From contig JBNGBT010000015.1 in NCBI GenBank assembly GCA_049903315.1, forward strand, positions 1 through 34,803: a stretch of DNA of 34,803 bases, written 5' to 3'. Below, piece by piece: positions 7,110 to 17,912 of the stretch. A program made the position numbers and the translations under genes. Origin of the DNA: Candidatus Cloacimonadota bacterium (lineage in GTDB: Bacteria > Cloacimonadota > Cloacimonadia > JGIOTU-2). A model generated the notes under the pieces. The model made no database searches and was not told where the DNA came from. It saw only the letters and a list, made by a program, of their open reading frames with translations. How positions within the stretch are numbered: position 1 is the first letter of the stretch; every line of letters starts with the position of its first letter.

Positions 7110-7754
7110 TTGGCTATTTTATTAAAAACATCAAAGATGATCGAAATGCAGATTGATGACTTTTTGAATTTCATCAGCGAAGCCGGAATTTTTTTTAAGA
7201 GAGGATTAGAAAATTATCTCAAAGATAATTCTTCTGAGTTTGAGAAGCGTCTTCTTGCTGTCTCTGAGCATGAGAGAAAAGCTGATGAACTTCGCCTAAA
7301 CATCGAAAAACAATTGTATATTCATACGCTTATACCAGAAAGCAGAGGCGACGTTCTTGCAATACTTGAGAACACAGATCGCGTAATGGATGATATCAAA
7401 GAAGCGCTTCAGGTATTTGCAGTTGAGCGTCCTGAAATTTTAGAAGCGTTTGATGCGCTTTTCATAGAGCTTGCCGACTCATCCATTGAGGCTGTAGAAA
7501 GTCTCATCCATAGCGTTCGCGCATTTTTTAAGGACATCGCATCGGTAAATGACCATATTCACAAAGTAAAATTTTATGAAAGAGAAGCTGATAAAATTGC
7601 CATGTCGCTCAAGAATGAAATCTTCAAAGCTGATATTGATCTCAGTCATAAAATACATTTGAGATTTTGTGTTCAACAGATAGAAAGAATATCTGATTCT
7701 GCTGAAGATATGAGTGAACGTCTCGCAATCTATACAATAAAGCGACAAATCTAA
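7110..7754 (+). CDS. DUF47 / PhoU-like phosphate transport regulator (TIGR00153-like)
   Basis: TTG start with SD AAGGAG; repeated E-x-x-A-D helical motifs (EHERKADELR, YEREADKI); adjacent to a PiT gene. Confidence 0.9.
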   Translation: MAILLKTSKMIEMQIDDFLNFISEAGIFFKRGLENYLKDNSSEFEKRLLAVSEHERKADELRLNIEKQLYIHTLIPESRGDVLAILENTDRVMDDIKEALQVFAVERPEILEAFDALFIELADSSIEAVESLIHSVRAFFKDIASVNDHIHKVKFYEREADKIAMSLKNEIFKADIDLSHKIHLRFCVQQIERISDSAEDMSERLAIYTIKRQI

Positions 7755-7756
7755 AT

Positions 7757-9244
7757 ATGATCTACCTTCTTCTCTCAAGCGGATTGTTCCTTGGCTGGTC
7801 TCTCGGTGCGAATGATGCTGCTAATGTATTTGGCACTGCCGTGGGCACAAAAATGATCAAGTTCCGTACAGCCGCTTGGATCGCAGCCATATTTGTAGTA
7901 CTTGGAGCTGTAATTGAGGGTTCTGGGGCAAGTATCACACTTGGCAAACTTGGCTCAATTAACACCATGCCGGGCGCATTTACCGTTGCACTTGCTGCTG
8001 CAGGAACTGTCTTTTTTATGACGAAGCTCAAACTTCCGGTTTCTACTTCTCAAGCAATCGTTGGCGCTATTATCGGATGGAATATGTTCAGCGGATCAAT
8101 TACAGACATGACTTCCTTGACGAAAATTGTGCTTACATGGATAGTATGCCCAGTTCTTTCCGCACTGATTGCTATTGTATTATATAAATTCTTTAAATTC
8201 TTTCTTGCCCAAGCAAAAATACATCTTCTCGATCTTGATGCATACACCCGAATCGGGCTTATCATTGTTGGCGCTTTTGGCTCCTATAGTCTTGGTGCAA
8301 ATAATATCGCAAATGTTGTCGGAGTTTTTACTTCCTCTTCACCATTTCATGACATTAATGTCTATAATATATTCACGATTTCGGGTAATCAAATACTCTT
8401 TCTCCTTGGGGGTATTGCGATTGCAATTGGCATCTTTACTTATTCACATAAAGTCATAAAGACCGTTGGCAAATCACTCTTTAGATTGTCGCCAGTAACT
8501 GCTTTTATTGTTGTGCTTTCTCAGTCAATTGTTCTGTATCTTTTTGCCTCAACTGAAATTCGCCACGTTCTCATGTCACTTGGCATACCGAAATACCCTC
8601 TTGTGCCGGTTTCCAGTTCTCAAGCCGTGGTTGGAGCTATTCTCGGAATTGCTATTGCAAAAGGCGGAAGAAATATTCAATTCAATATTTTAGGGAAAAT
8701 ATCTTCCGGGTGGATTACAACCCCTGTTATTGCATGTATAATATCATTCGTCGCTCTATTTTTTGTACAAAATGTATTCGATCAGAATGTCTATCATACC
8801 ACTCCTTACTCTCTTTCAATAAAAGTGATTGATCAATTGGAAAAAGAGGGATTCTCAATCGAAAAGATCAAGAGCTTTGAAGGTACTCGATTTTCAACAG
8901 GATTGAGATTGCAACAGAATTTAAAGAAAATCAAGAGTCTCACAAATAAAGAAAAATCAGTTATATATTCTTATGCAGCAGTTGATAGTTTTTATGTAAA
9001 TCCAGCTATTTTAAAGGATATTGAATCAGAAAACATTCTTACATTTGAACAATTCAGATCTCTTGAAACTCTTTCAAAACAATCCTTTTCACACGAATGG
9101 GAATTCCAGAACGAGTTACTCTCACTTTCACCAGACTGGAAATACCGAACCGAAAAACAGAAAAACTATCTTGCTTATAATATCCATTTAAAAAAACAGT
9201 ATGATTTTATTTATCATTATCTTAAAATCTTAAATCCTAAATAA
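7757..9244 (+). CDS. Inorganic phosphate transporter, PiT family, with soluble C-terminal extension
   Basis: Duplicated signatures GANDAAN / GANNIAN and PVSTSQ / PVSSSQ; multiple TM segments. Confidence 0.92.
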   Translation: MIYLLLSSGLFLGWSLGANDAANVFGTAVGTKMIKFRTAAWIAAIFVVLGAVIEGSGASITLGKLGSINTMPGAFTVALAAAGTVFFMTKLKLPVSTSQAIVGAIIGWNMFSGSITDMTSLTKIVLTWIVCPVLSALIAIVLYKFFKFFLAQAKIHLLDLDAYTRIGLIIVGAFGSYSLGANNIANVVGVFTSSSPFHDINVYNIFTISGNQILFLLGGIAIAIGIFTYSHKVIKTVGKSLFRLSPVTAFIVVLSQSIVLYLFASTEIRHVLMSLGIPKYPLVPVSSSQAVVGAILGIAIAKGGRNIQFNILGKISSGWITTPVIACIISFVALFFVQNVFDQNVYHTTPYSLSIKVIDQLEKEGFSIEKIKSFEGTRFSTGLRLQQNLKKIKSLTNKEKSVIYSYAAVDSFYVNPAILKDIESENILTFEQFRSLETLSKQSFSHEWEFQNELLSLSPDWKYRTEKQKNYLAYNIHLKKQYDFIYHYLKILNPK

Positions 9245-9252
9245 GGAGGAAT

Positions 9253-10437
9253 ATGCAAAAACAAACTATCTCCGATATTGACGTAAGTGGAAAGAAAGTA
9301 CTTGTTAGGGTTGATTTCAATGTTCCTCTCGATAAACATCAAAATATTACAGATGATACAAGAATAAAAGCGGCATTACCTACTATCAACTACTTGCTGG
9401 AACATAATGCTGCGGTTATTCTGATGTCCCATTTAGGACGTCCAAAGGGCGAGGACAAGACAACGTTCAGCTTGGAGCCAGTTGCAAAACGATTGGAAGA
9501 AATCATTGGCAAAAGGGTTCGATTTGCTCATGATTGCATAGGCGACGAAGCAAAAAAAGCCGCAGTAAATTTGAAACCGGGAGAAATCCTTCTCCTTGAG
9601 AATACACGATTCCATCCAGAGGAGAAGAAGAATGACCCTGATTTTGCAAAAGAACTATCCTCTCTTGGCGACATATTCATCAATGATGCATTCGGTACAG
9701 CACACCGTACGCACGCATCAAACGTAGGTGTAGCAGAATTTATTCCCTCAGCTCTTGGATTTCTTGTTGAAAAGGAAATTGAGTTCCTTAACAAAGCGCT
9801 TATTAGTCCGGAAAAGCCCTACACCGCAATACTTGGCGGGGCAAAAGTGTCTGACAAGATCGAGCTTATAGAGCAGCTTCTTGATAAAGCAAATTCCATC
9901 CTCATTGGTGGCGCAATGATGTACACGTTTCTTAAAGCACTTGGTTACTCTGTGGGTAAGTCCCTTGTTGAAGATGACAAAATTCCTGCCGCACTTGAGA
10001 TCATGGATCGAGCCAAAGAAAAGAACGTGTTCTTTACTCTTCCTGAAGATACAGTTGTCGCCAAAGAGATAGAAGAAGGCACAGAATTTCACTCAGTTCC
10101 AGTAGATGCAATTCCTGATAATATGATCGGGCTTGATATTGGAATTCTTACTGTAAGAAAATATGCTGAAATTATCAAAACATCTAAAACAGTAATTTGG
10201 AATGGACCAATGGGCATGTTTGAAATAAGCAGTTTTTCTCATGGCACAAAAGGCATTGCACGCGCAGTTGCTGCATGCACAGGGATCACGATCATTGGGG
10301 GTGGTGATTCTGCTGCAGCAATAGAAAAATTCGGATTTGCCGAGAAGGTTTCTCATATTTCGACCGGAGGTGGTGCGTCTCTGGAATATCTTTCAGGAAA
10401 AGAACTTCCGGGTATCGCGATAATTCCGGATAAATAA
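9253..10437 (+). CDS. pgk: Phosphoglycerate kinase
   Basis: [36 protein letters not shown] and STGGGASLE motifs. Confidence 0.99.
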   Translation: MQKQTISDIDVSGKKVLVRVDFNVPLDKHQNITDDTRIKAALPTINYLLEHNAAVILMSHLGRPKGEDKTTFSLEPVAKRLEEIIGKRVRFAHDCIGDEAKKAAVNLKPGEILLLENTRFHPEEKKNDPDFAKELSSLGDIFINDAFGTAHRTHASNVGVAEFIPSALGFLVEKEIEFLNKALISPEKPYTAILGGAKVSDKIELIEQLLDKANSILIGGAMMYTFLKALGYSVGKSLVEDDKIPAALEIMDRAKEKNVFFTLPEDTVVAKEIEEGTEFHSVPVDAIPDNMIGLDIGILTVRKYAEIIKTSKTVIWNGPMGMFEISSFSHGTKGIARAVAACTGITIIGGGDSAAAIEKFGFAEKVSHISTGGGASLEYLSGKELPGIAIIPDK

Positions 10438-10481
10438 AAAAGGACACATTTCTGTGCCCTAAATATTTTACAGTATACTTA

Positions 10482-10517
10482 ATCATTCCTATGAGTCATG
10501 TGGCTGATAGGAATGAT
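10482..10517. terminator. Inverted repeat between convergent pgk and DUF2809 genes (probable terminator or protein-binding palindrome)
   Basis: ATCATTCCTAT (10482-10492) and ATAGGAATGAT (10507-10517) are perfect 11-bp arms; there is no strong U-tract. Confidence 0.5.
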
Positions 10518-10525
10518 AATAGAGA

Positions 10526-10915
10526 TTATTTTTCTGAAATTCTTTTAATCAATACGAGTAACGCAAAGCCTGAGATAGAGCCGATGATATAATAAGGAAA
10601 ATCGTTCCATGAAAATGAGCTGCCAATTATTGTTCTTATAATAAAATTTTCTCTGAGTAACCCTAAAAATTGAGTTTTCCATAGCTGAGTGAATTCTAGT
10701 GCGCAAGTTACGATGAATACTGCGGATGCTATCAAAATTGGCTTAAGTTTATTAAAGAACAAAAATATAATAAGGCACCAGAATATTTCATAAAATACTC
10801 CACCAAGTGAATTATTTACCCATGCAGATGCGTTTCCCGAATAAAATTTTGTACAGAAACCAATCGGAATTATGATCAGCAGCGCTATTACACAGAAAAT
10901 CCTTCTTTTTGACAT
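10526..10915 (-). CDS. DUF2809-like membrane protein
   Basis: Small TM protein with LGGVFYEIFW, LEFTQLW and IIGSSFSWNDFPYYIIG motifs. Confidence 0.75.
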   Translation of the reverse strand: MSKRRIFCVIALLIIIPIGFCTKFYSGNASAWVNNSLGGVFYEIFWCLIIFLFFNKLKPILIASAVFIVTCALEFTQLWKTQFLGLLRENFIIRTIIGSSFSWNDFPYYIIGSISGFALLVLIKRISEK

Positions 10916-10946
10916 GTGAATTTGTTGCAGAAATTACGAGTGAGTT

Positions 10947-12731
10947 TTACTTTTCGATTTTCAATCCCAGATCGTCCAGTAAAGAAGAATCAATCTCAGA
11001 CGGAGAATCACTCATAAGATCAACTGCCTTAAGAGTTTTCGGAAAGGCAATAACATCACGGATTGATTCAGCGGCAGTCATTATCATCACAATTCTATCT
11101 ATTCCTGGAGCTATTCCGCCATGAGGAGGAGTGCCGTAATCAAATGCTTTCAAGAAGAAACCAAATCGTTGTTCAAGTTCTTCCCCTTCAATGCCAATGA
11201 CCTCGAATATCTTTCTTTGAATATCTGGTCTGTGACATCGAATGCTCCCTGAGGATAATTCAAGCCCATTGCAAACGAGATCGTAAAGTTGCCCGATAAT
11301 GTCGCCATACTTTTGGGGATCATCGAGATACGAAATGTGCTCATCCTTTGGCATCGTGAACATATGGTGTGCTGTCTCCCATTTGCCGCCTTCTTCATCC
11401 CACTCAAATAACGGAAAATCGGTTACCCACAAAAAATTATATTGGGAATTATCTATGAGTTCAAGCTCTTTTGCAAGACGGTTTCTTAGTTCACCAAGGA
11501 CTTTGCACACGATCTTCTCTCTGTCCGCAACAAAAAGAATGAGGTCGCCATCCTCGGCTTCCATGCGCTCCATGATTTGTGTTTTTATCTCATCGGAGAA
11601 AAACTTATCAATATTGGAGTGCAAGGTTCCGCCCTCTACCTTCATGCGTGCTAATCCCTTGCCGCCAAGGTGCTTTGCAATATCCTCAAGTTTATCAATA
11701 TCTTTTCTTGTATACTCTCCGCAGCCCTTTGCATTGAGTGCACGTATACAACCACCCGATTCAGCCACTGATGAGAATACACGGAATTCTGCTTTTTTCA
11801 CAATATCAGTGACATTCTGAATTTCCATGCTGAATCTGAGATCAGGTTTATCAGAGCCAAAACGTCGCATAGCATCATGATAAGTGAGTCTTGGAAATGG
11901 AATTGGCAATTCGATATCAAGTATCTCTTTGAATATTTTGGAGAACATCTTTTCCATGATCTCAAAAATGTCTTCCGGGGACACAAAACTCATTTCAAGG
12001 TCGAGCTGGGTAAATTCTGGCTGTCTATCTGCTCGAAGATCTTCATCTCGGAAGCAATGGGCTATCTGAAAGTATTTATCGAATCCGCTGATCATTAAAA
12101 GTTGTTTATATATTTGTGGTGATTGAGGAAGAGCATAAAATTTTCCTTTATATTCCCTGCTCGGAACTAGATAGTCCCGTGCGCCTTCAGGAGTACTTCG
12201 GACAAGTAAAGGGGTTTCTATTTCAAAAAAATTTCGCTCAGTAAGAAATTTCCTCATTTCAAATATTATATAATGACGAAGCAATATCTTGCGCTGCAAA
12301 TCCTGTCGTCTCAGATCAAGATAACGAAATTTTAATCGCAAATCCTCATCGGCGACAACTTTTTCGTTGATTTGAACAGGCAATTCTTTGGATGAATTGA
12401 GTATTTTTAATTCCTTGGCAATCACTTCGAGCCGTCCTGTTTTCATATCAGGATTTATCATTTCATCAGGACGAACAGCTATAGTGCCTTTTACTGCGAC
12501 CACATATTCAAGACGAAGGTTGTGCGCCTTTGTAAGAAGCTGAGTGCTGTTCAAAGGATTGAATACAACCTGTACAATACCCGTTACATCTCTCAGATCA
12601 ATAAAAATAAGATTTCCCATATCCCGACGATTATGAACCCATCCCATGATCACGACATCCCGTCCTTCAGATTCAATGCTCAAATCACCAGCATAATCAG
12701 TTCTTTTCCAGTTTTCTAATAAGTCAAACAT
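10947..12731 (-). CDS. aspS: Aspartate--tRNA ligase
   Basis: GWVHNRRDMGNLIFIDLRD, RYLDLRR, STPEGARDYLVPSR, FRDEDLRADRQPEFTQLD and PPHGGIAPGIDR motifs. Confidence 0.99.
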   Translation of the reverse strand: MFDLLENWKRTDYAGDLSIESEGRDVVIMGWVHNRRDMGNLIFIDLRDVTGIVQVVFNPLNSTQLLTKAHNLRLEYVVAVKGTIAVRPDEMINPDMKTGRLEVIAKELKILNSSKELPVQINEKVVADEDLRLKFRYLDLRRQDLQRKILLRHYIIFEMRKFLTERNFFEIETPLLVRSTPEGARDYLVPSREYKGKFYALPQSPQIYKQLLMISGFDKYFQIAHCFRDEDLRADRQPEFTQLDLEMSFVSPEDIFEIMEKMFSKIFKEILDIELPIPFPRLTYHDAMRRFGSDKPDLRFSMEIQNVTDIVKKAEFRVFSSVAESGGCIRALNAKGCGEYTRKDIDKLEDIAKHLGGKGLARMKVEGGTLHSNIDKFFSDEIKTQIMERMEAEDGDLILFVADREKIVCKVLGELRNRLAKELELIDNSQYNFLWVTDFPLFEWDEEGGKWETAHHMFTMPKDEHISYLDDPQKYGDIIGQLYDLVCNGLELSSGSIRCHRPDIQRKIFEVIGIEGEELEQRFGFFLKAFDYGTPPHGGIAPGIDRIVMIMTAAESIRDVIAFPKTLKAVDLMSDSPSEIDSSLLDDLGLKIEK

Positions 12732-12732
12732 C

Positions 12733-13719
12733 TTACTCCATCAAATTTAATTTATAATATGAATTGAACCATTCATAAAATTTCTTTAATCCATTTTTTA
12801 AGTTAGTTTTGGGATTATAATGCAATAATTTCTTTGCTTTTGCTATATCAGCATAGGTTCTCTGCACGTCACCTTTAGGAATTGGCTGCTTATCAGTAAG
12901 TACTTCATATTCGAAATTATCCGCAATTTCTTTAACTAGTTCTTCGAGAGTGACCGGTTCATTATTCCCTAAATTTATTATCTCAAATACACCTTCATGT
13001 TTTTTTAGCCAGGTAAATGCTTTCATAACACCATCAATAATATCATCGATATAGGTGTAATCTCTTGATGTTGTGCCGTCACCAAAAAATGGAATCGCTT
13101 TTTTATGTATGATATACTGAGAGAATTTATGGATTGCAAGATCGGGACGCTGGCGGGGACCGTACACGGTAAAAAATCTCAAACAGGCGACATCAATATC
13201 ATAGAGATAATGATATGTGTGGCAGAGAAGCTCACCTGCTTTTTTTGTTGCTGCATAAGGTGAAATCGGTTTGTCCACAGGATCATCTTCTGAGAAAGGT
13301 ATTTTTTTATTATTCCCGTACACAGAGGATGATGATGCGAAGATAAATTTCTTCACATTATGTTCTTTGCAACATTCAAGCAGATTTTGTGTTCCCTCAA
13401 TATTCACTTTCTGGTAGTAGGGTGCATTTTCTATCGAGAGACGTACTCCAGCCATTGCTGCGAGATGAATCACACAATCAATATCATATTCATTGAAGAG
13501 TATCTGTAACAATGACATTTCAGTGATATCTCCTCGAACAAAAGTGAAATTCTTTTCAGCTTGAGGTTTTTCATTAATGAGTTTCAGATTGTGATTCTTT
13601 AACGCAACATCATAGAAATCACTGATATTATCCAATCCGATAACGACTTCCCCCTTACAAAGCAACTGCTCGACAAGATGTGAGCCGATAAAACCCGCTA
13701 CGCCTGTTACAAGTATCAT
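12733..13719 (-). CDS. NAD-dependent nucleotide-sugar epimerase (UDP-glucuronate 4-epimerase-like SDR)
   Basis: GVAGFIGS, HLAAMAGVR, ASSSSVYG, PISPYAATKKAGE and LRFFTVYGPRQRPDLA motifs. Confidence 0.9.
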   Translation of the reverse strand: MILVTGVAGFIGSHLVEQLLCKGEVVIGLDNISDFYDVALKNHNLKLINEKPQAEKNFTFVRGDITEMSLLQILFNEYDIDCVIHLAAMAGVRLSIENAPYYQKVNIEGTQNLLECCKEHNVKKFIFASSSSVYGNNKKIPFSEDDPVDKPISPYAATKKAGELLCHTYHYLYDIDVACLRFFTVYGPRQRPDLAIHKFSQYIIHKKAIPFFGDGTTSRDYTYIDDIIDGVMKAFTWLKKHEGVFEIINLGNNEPVTLEELVKEIADNFEYEVLTDKQPIPKGDVQRTYADIAKAKKLLHYNPKTNLKNGLKKFYEWFNSYYKLNLME

Positions 13720-14990
13720 TATGCTACCCCCTCATGAGTTTTTATGAAATGTACTACTTCTTCTTTTTTCACTTCTGATTGTGACTTCTTTTTTATGTTT
13801 TTTACCACATACGAACCTGATTTAAGTTCACTGTCTCCAATCAGAATTGCGAAAGACACATTATTTTTATCGCAATACTTTAAATTATTTCCAACTGAGG
13901 AATTTACATCTGCAACGATTGCAGAAACGTCAGCTCTATGCAAATCCTGCATCATCTCAAGGGATGCGAGCATCGCATCATCTCCTATAGGAATAATTAA
14001 CACTTGTAGATTATTTTCTTCTGGAAAAGAAAAGCCCGATTTCTCTAAAGAAAGGATTATTCTTTCTAATCCCATTGAAAGCCCAACAGCAGGTGTTTGC
14101 TTTCCTCCAAGATATTCGATCAATCCATCATACCTTCCCCCACCACCAAGTGCATCTTGAGCTCCTAGATAATTGATTTTGTATTCGAAAGCTGTTTTCG
14201 TATAATAATCCAATCCTCTGACAATTTCGGGATTAACAGTAAAAGGCACTTTCATCATTGTAAGATTGCTCTTTACTTCTTCGAAATGGAGAGCGCACTC
14301 ATTACAAAGATTATCAAGCATGCGTGGTGCTTTCTCGATAAGGTGCTGACAGGTTTTATTCTTGCAGTCAAAGACTCTCAGCGGATTTTGCTCCATTCTG
14401 CGCTGACAGTCTGTACAATATTTCTCTTTATCTTTATATAGAAACTCTTTGAGTAAGATATTATATTTTTCCCTGCATTCCAGGCAGCCCACACTGTTGA
14501 TTTCTAGAGATACATCAGGCACTTGTGCTTCCTGCAGTATCTGCCAACCGATAGTAATAATTTCAGCATCAATGATCGGGTCGGGTGATCCTATACACTC
14601 CACACCGAACTGATAGAACTGCCTGTACCGTCCTTTTTGAGGTCTTGAATACCGGAACATCGGACCTTCATACCAGAGCCGCAAAGGTCCTTTTTTTGAT
14701 GACTGCATATTATGTTCGGCAACCATTCTTGCAATAGAAGCTGTACCCTCAGGTCGAAGTGCAAGATTTCGTCCCTTTTTATCCTCAAAAGTGTACATCT
14801 CTTTTTCGACAATATCTGTGTCTTCTCCTACACTCCGTTGAAAAAGGTCTAGTTGCTCAAAAATTGGTGTGCGAACTTCAGAGTAATTGTATAATGAAGT
14901 GATTCTATGTATAATACCTTCAATATAATGCCATTTTTTACTATCATCCGGCAAAATATCATAGGTTCCGCGTGGTGCCTGGTATTTCAT
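13719..14990 (-). CDS. hisS: Histidine--tRNA ligase
   Basis: APRGTYD, LRPEGTA, RPQKGRYRQFYQFG, VRGLDYY and GGGRYDGL motifs; Cys-rich insertion domain. Confidence 0.99.
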   Translation of the reverse strand: MKYQAPRGTYDILPDDSKKWHYIEGIIHRITSLYNYSEVRTPIFEQLDLFQRSVGEDTDIVEKEMYTFEDKKGRNLALRPEGTASIARMVAEHNMQSSKKGPLRLWYEGPMFRYSRPQKGRYRQFYQFGVECIGSPDPIIDAEIITIGWQILQEAQVPDVSLEINSVGCLECREKYNILLKEFLYKDKEKYCTDCQRRMEQNPLRVFDCKNKTCQHLIEKAPRMLDNLCNECALHFEEVKSNLTMMKVPFTVNPEIVRGLDYYTKTAFEYKINYLGAQDALGGGGRYDGLIEYLGGKQTPAVGLSMGLERIILSLEKSGFSFPEENNLQVLIIPIGDDAMLASLEMMQDLHRADVSAIVADVNSSVGNNLKYCDKNNVSFAILIGDSELKSGSYVVKNIKKKSQSEVKKEEVVHFIKTHEGVA

Positions 14991-15015
14991 AATGCTATTG
15001 TGAGATTATTATTTA

Positions 15016-15402
15016 TTATTTTCTTTCTGGAATATAATATCGTGGTTTCCTGTAAAAAATACGGAACATAATTATCGCAGCCGTAATTCCTATCACATCA
15101 GCGAGAAAATCATATTTATCCATAGAACGACCGGATATAAAACTTTGATGTATCTCATCAAACACACCCAATAATCCTCCTAAAATAAGAACTGCGATAA
15201 AAGCACCCAATAGTTTATTGATTCTGTCTTCCTGCTTTAACATTAGAAGAAAGAGGGTTGCCCAGATCCCATATTCGAAGAAATGAACGACCTTGTCAGA
15301 ATATTTTGGAAAGCCTTCCGGTGCCTGAAAATCCGGTATAGAGGACAATGTCAGCATAAGAATTGTCCAAATAACTAACGCGATTCTAAATCCCATTTTC
15401 AT
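15016..15402 (-). CDS. VanZ family membrane protein
   Basis: DKVVHFFEYG and DEIHQSFISGRSMDKYDFLADVIG motifs. Confidence 0.88.
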   Translation of the reverse strand: MKMGFRIALVIWTILMLTLSSIPDFQAPEGFPKYSDKVVHFFEYGIWATLFLLMLKQEDRINKLLGAFIAVLILGGLLGVFDEIHQSFISGRSMDKYDFLADVIGITAAIIMFRIFYRKPRYYIPERK

Positions 15403-15438
15403 TTTTTGATAAAACGAAACTGATTATTAATATGTCAA
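15403..15438 (-). promoter_or_regulatory. Putative promoter of the vanZ-hisS-epimerase-aspS unit (possibly leaderless)
   Basis: TTGACA at 15438-15433 with 30 nt to the ATG; no SD. Confidence 0.45.
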
Positions 15439-15464
15439 GTTTTGAAAAAATGTCCCCTGTATCA

Positions 15465-16202
15465 CTATTGAATAAAATAATTAGTAAGATATAAATATAT
15501 ACTAAAAGGAAAACGCTTGTATTTTGCTTTGAGTAACAAATGTGGAGTATCCTGACTGACCCAGTAATAGGTCATTCCCTTGTTTTTAAAAATATTATTC
15601 GTAAGAATATCTGTCTTGGAACTGATCTTTGTATCATACTGAATTTCAGAGTTGATCCTGTACTCCAAGCACTTATAATTCTTTTTCTGGTAACGGACAG
15701 GGACTGTTCTGGATCTCACTGCATTAAGCCGCCATATACGATAATTACCATAACAAGTATACTGTTTTTCTTCCGGCAGATCTTCTAGGAGCGAGAAAGT
15801 CATGCTAATAATATCATAAATTGGACTGTCGCAATGAAGTGAATCTACTTTCTCTGCTAATAAGTCTCGAATTGTAATACTCCCCTTTTTTTGATTGAAG
15901 AGCACTACTTTTTTTTCATGTACATTTTGTTGGCAGATAGTTTTCCAATAATAAAAAGGTAGGAAAGAAGTGTTGCAAGAACTCACATATGTATTCTCGA
16001 TTGAAAATAATGCAGAGACAAGTCCTCTTGAAGTACTTTCAAGCGTGATTGTTTGTAACGAGTCTGTCGTAGCCAGTGATATCTTAACGACTGCAACCGG
16101 AAGTCCAGCATAATGAACACTATATTCATAAACGGTTTCTTCTGCTAAGCATATGAATGGTAGTATAAGAATAAATAAAGTAAGCCAGAACTTATTCTTC
16201 AT
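15465..16202 (-). CDS. DUF3108-like secreted beta-rich protein
   Basis: Signal peptide; EETVYEYSVHYAGLPV start and WVSQD..HLLLK end, typical of DUF3108. Confidence 0.6.
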   Translation of the reverse strand: MKNKFWLTLFILILPFICLAEETVYEYSVHYAGLPVAVVKISLATTDSLQTITLESTSRGLVSALFSIENTYVSSCNTSFLPFYYWKTICQQNVHEKKVVLFNQKKGSITIRDLLAEKVDSLHCDSPIYDIISMTFSLLEDLPEEKQYTCYGNYRIWRLNAVRSRTVPVRYQKKNYKCLEYRINSEIQYDTKISSKTDILTNNIFKNKGMTYYWVSQDTPHLLLKAKYKRFPFSIYLYLTNYFIQ

Positions 16203-16209
16203 GCAGAGT

Positions 16210-17463
16210 TTATGATATATTCAGTCGCACAGCCGTCATTCGCTGCCCATCAATGGATTCGACAGTAAATTTGTATTTATCCTTAAAAATGACCGTTTCA
16301 CCAGCTTTAGGTATCTTGCCAAAAAGATGATATAAAAAGCCGGAAAAACTATCGAATTGATCATCGACTTCCAAGCCGAATTTTTTACACACGTCATTGA
16401 AATCTGTTGAGCAATCGATAACATACTCATTCTGTGTAATTGGCTTGATATCTATTTTTTCAACGTCTGTTTCATCGAGAATTTCACCAACAATTTCTTC
16501 TAATACATCTTCCAAAGTAACCAAACCAGTCGTGCCACCATACTCATCCACGACAACTGCCAGGTGAATTTTATTCTTTCTGAAATAGCTTAAGATGAAA
16601 CTCAATTTCATGTTTTCTGGAATGAAATAGCATGGACGCATAAGATCCTTTATCCGCTTCTGAGAGCCGAGATTTAGTATGATATCCTTGCTGTACACCA
16701 TCCCAATGATATTATCAATCGTCCCGCGATAGATCGGAATTCGGGAAAATCCGGTCTCTTTAATTACCTGTATGAGATTATCAAAGCCATCCTCTATCTC
16801 AACTGCAGTAATATCGATCCTTGGAGTAAGTATCTCTTTTACTTTTGTATCTGAAAACTCAAAAGCGCTATTGAGCATTTCCCTCTCTTCTCTGTGAATA
16901 TCAACCAGATCGGGAGCTTCATCATGGACGATGCTTTTTATATCTTCCGAAGTAATTTTTATATTTGAATCCATCAAACCGTGATCCGTGCCTTTGGTGA
17001 AAATATTAGTGAATAGCTCCAATATTTTAACTATCGGGAATAAAATAATTTTAAAAAATCCAACCGGAAGTGCTATGATAGTCGAATATTTCTCGGCATA
17101 CTGAATAGCAAATAGTTTGGGAACCACTTCACCAAATATAAGTACGATCACTGTTGCCAGAATAATTTCTACAACAAGTGCAAGGACGGCAGAAGCTCCT
17201 GGTACTGAGTGAGTTATGTCGAGTGCTATCATCGCAGCCACAGAAGCAAAGGTAACGTTTACAATGGTGTTACCAAGGAGTATTGTAATCAAAAGCTGCT
17301 GCGGATGTTTGAGAAGCTGTGGAACATATCTGCTCGACCACTTTTTTGAATTTTCCAACTTTTTCAGATACATTCTTGAAAGCGAAAAAAGAGCGGTCTC
17401 GGAGGATGAGAAAAATCCTGAGAGCACAAGAAACAGTCCCATCAATATGATCTTAAAAACCAT
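16210..17463 (-). CDS. Hemolysin-family CNNM(DUF21)-CBS-CorC protein (Mg/Co transport related)
   Basis: SGFFSSSETA, ITILLGNT, FGEVVPK, FSRIPIY and VDEYGGTTGLVTLEDVLEEIVGEI motifs. Confidence 0.93.
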   Translation of the reverse strand: MVFKIILMGLFLVLSGFFSSSETALFSLSRMYLKKLENSKKWSSRYVPQLLKHPQQLLITILLGNTIVNVTFASVAAMIALDITHSVPGASAVLALVVEIILATVIVLIFGEVVPKLFAIQYAEKYSTIIALPVGFFKIILFPIVKILELFTNIFTKGTDHGLMDSNIKITSEDIKSIVHDEAPDLVDIHREEREMLNSAFEFSDTKVKEILTPRIDITAVEIEDGFDNLIQVIKETGFSRIPIYRGTIDNIIGMVYSKDIILNLGSQKRIKDLMRPCYFIPENMKLSFILSYFRKNKIHLAVVVDEYGGTTGLVTLEDVLEEIVGEILDETDVEKIDIKPITQNEYVIDCSTDFNDVCKKFGLEVDDQFDSFSGFLYHLFGKIPKAGETVIFKDKYKFTVESIDGQRMTAVRLNIS

Positions 17464-17912
17464 TACAATTTCCCTTGTTGTGAAAATGCGAGATACTTCT
17501 CAGTGAGAGTTTCCATTTTCTCTTGTTGCTCGGGGTCATTATGCTCGTATCCAATGAGATGAAGAATTCCATGTATGACTAGGCGTTCAAGCTCATCCTG
17601 AAGTTGTGCATGAAATTGTTCTGCTTGTTCATCTGCTTTTTCAACTGAAATGTATACATCACCCAGAATCTGCAATTCGCTGGGTAAATATTCTGTGTGG
17701 ACATTAAAAGAAAGAACATCTGTTGGTCGGTCACGATCAAGGAAGCGTTTATTAAGTTCGTGAATATATGCATTGTCAGTAAAGACTATATTCAGAATTG
17801 TATCAGGTGTTAATCCTTCACTCTCCAAAATATGTGCAATGAGTTTTTGTATTCGCCGTTGATCTATTTCGGCGTCTGTCTCATTAATTATCTGTTGATT
17901 ACTTTCTTCCAT
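17463..17912 (-). CDS. ybeY: rRNA maturation endoribonuclease YbeY
   Basis: DRPTDVLSF, LGDVYIS and HGILHLIGYEH motifs. Confidence 0.97.
   Translation of the reverse strand: MEESNQQIINETDAEIDQRRIQKLIAHILESEGLTPDTILNIVFTDNAYIHELNKRFLDRDRPTDVLSFNVHTEYLPSELQILGDVYISVEKADEQAEQFHAQLQDELERLVIHGILHLIGYEHNDPEQQEKMETLTEKYLAFSQQGKL

Noticed and set aside
10947..12731. Non-discriminating AspRS call
   Set aside because: The positions usually His and Gly in non-discriminating enzymes appear as Met (RRDMG) and Glu (RPDEM), so the call is unsupported; specificity is left unassigned.
15016..15402. Glycopeptide resistance locus
   Set aside because: A lone VanZ-family gene in housekeeping context, with no vanHAX or vanRS.
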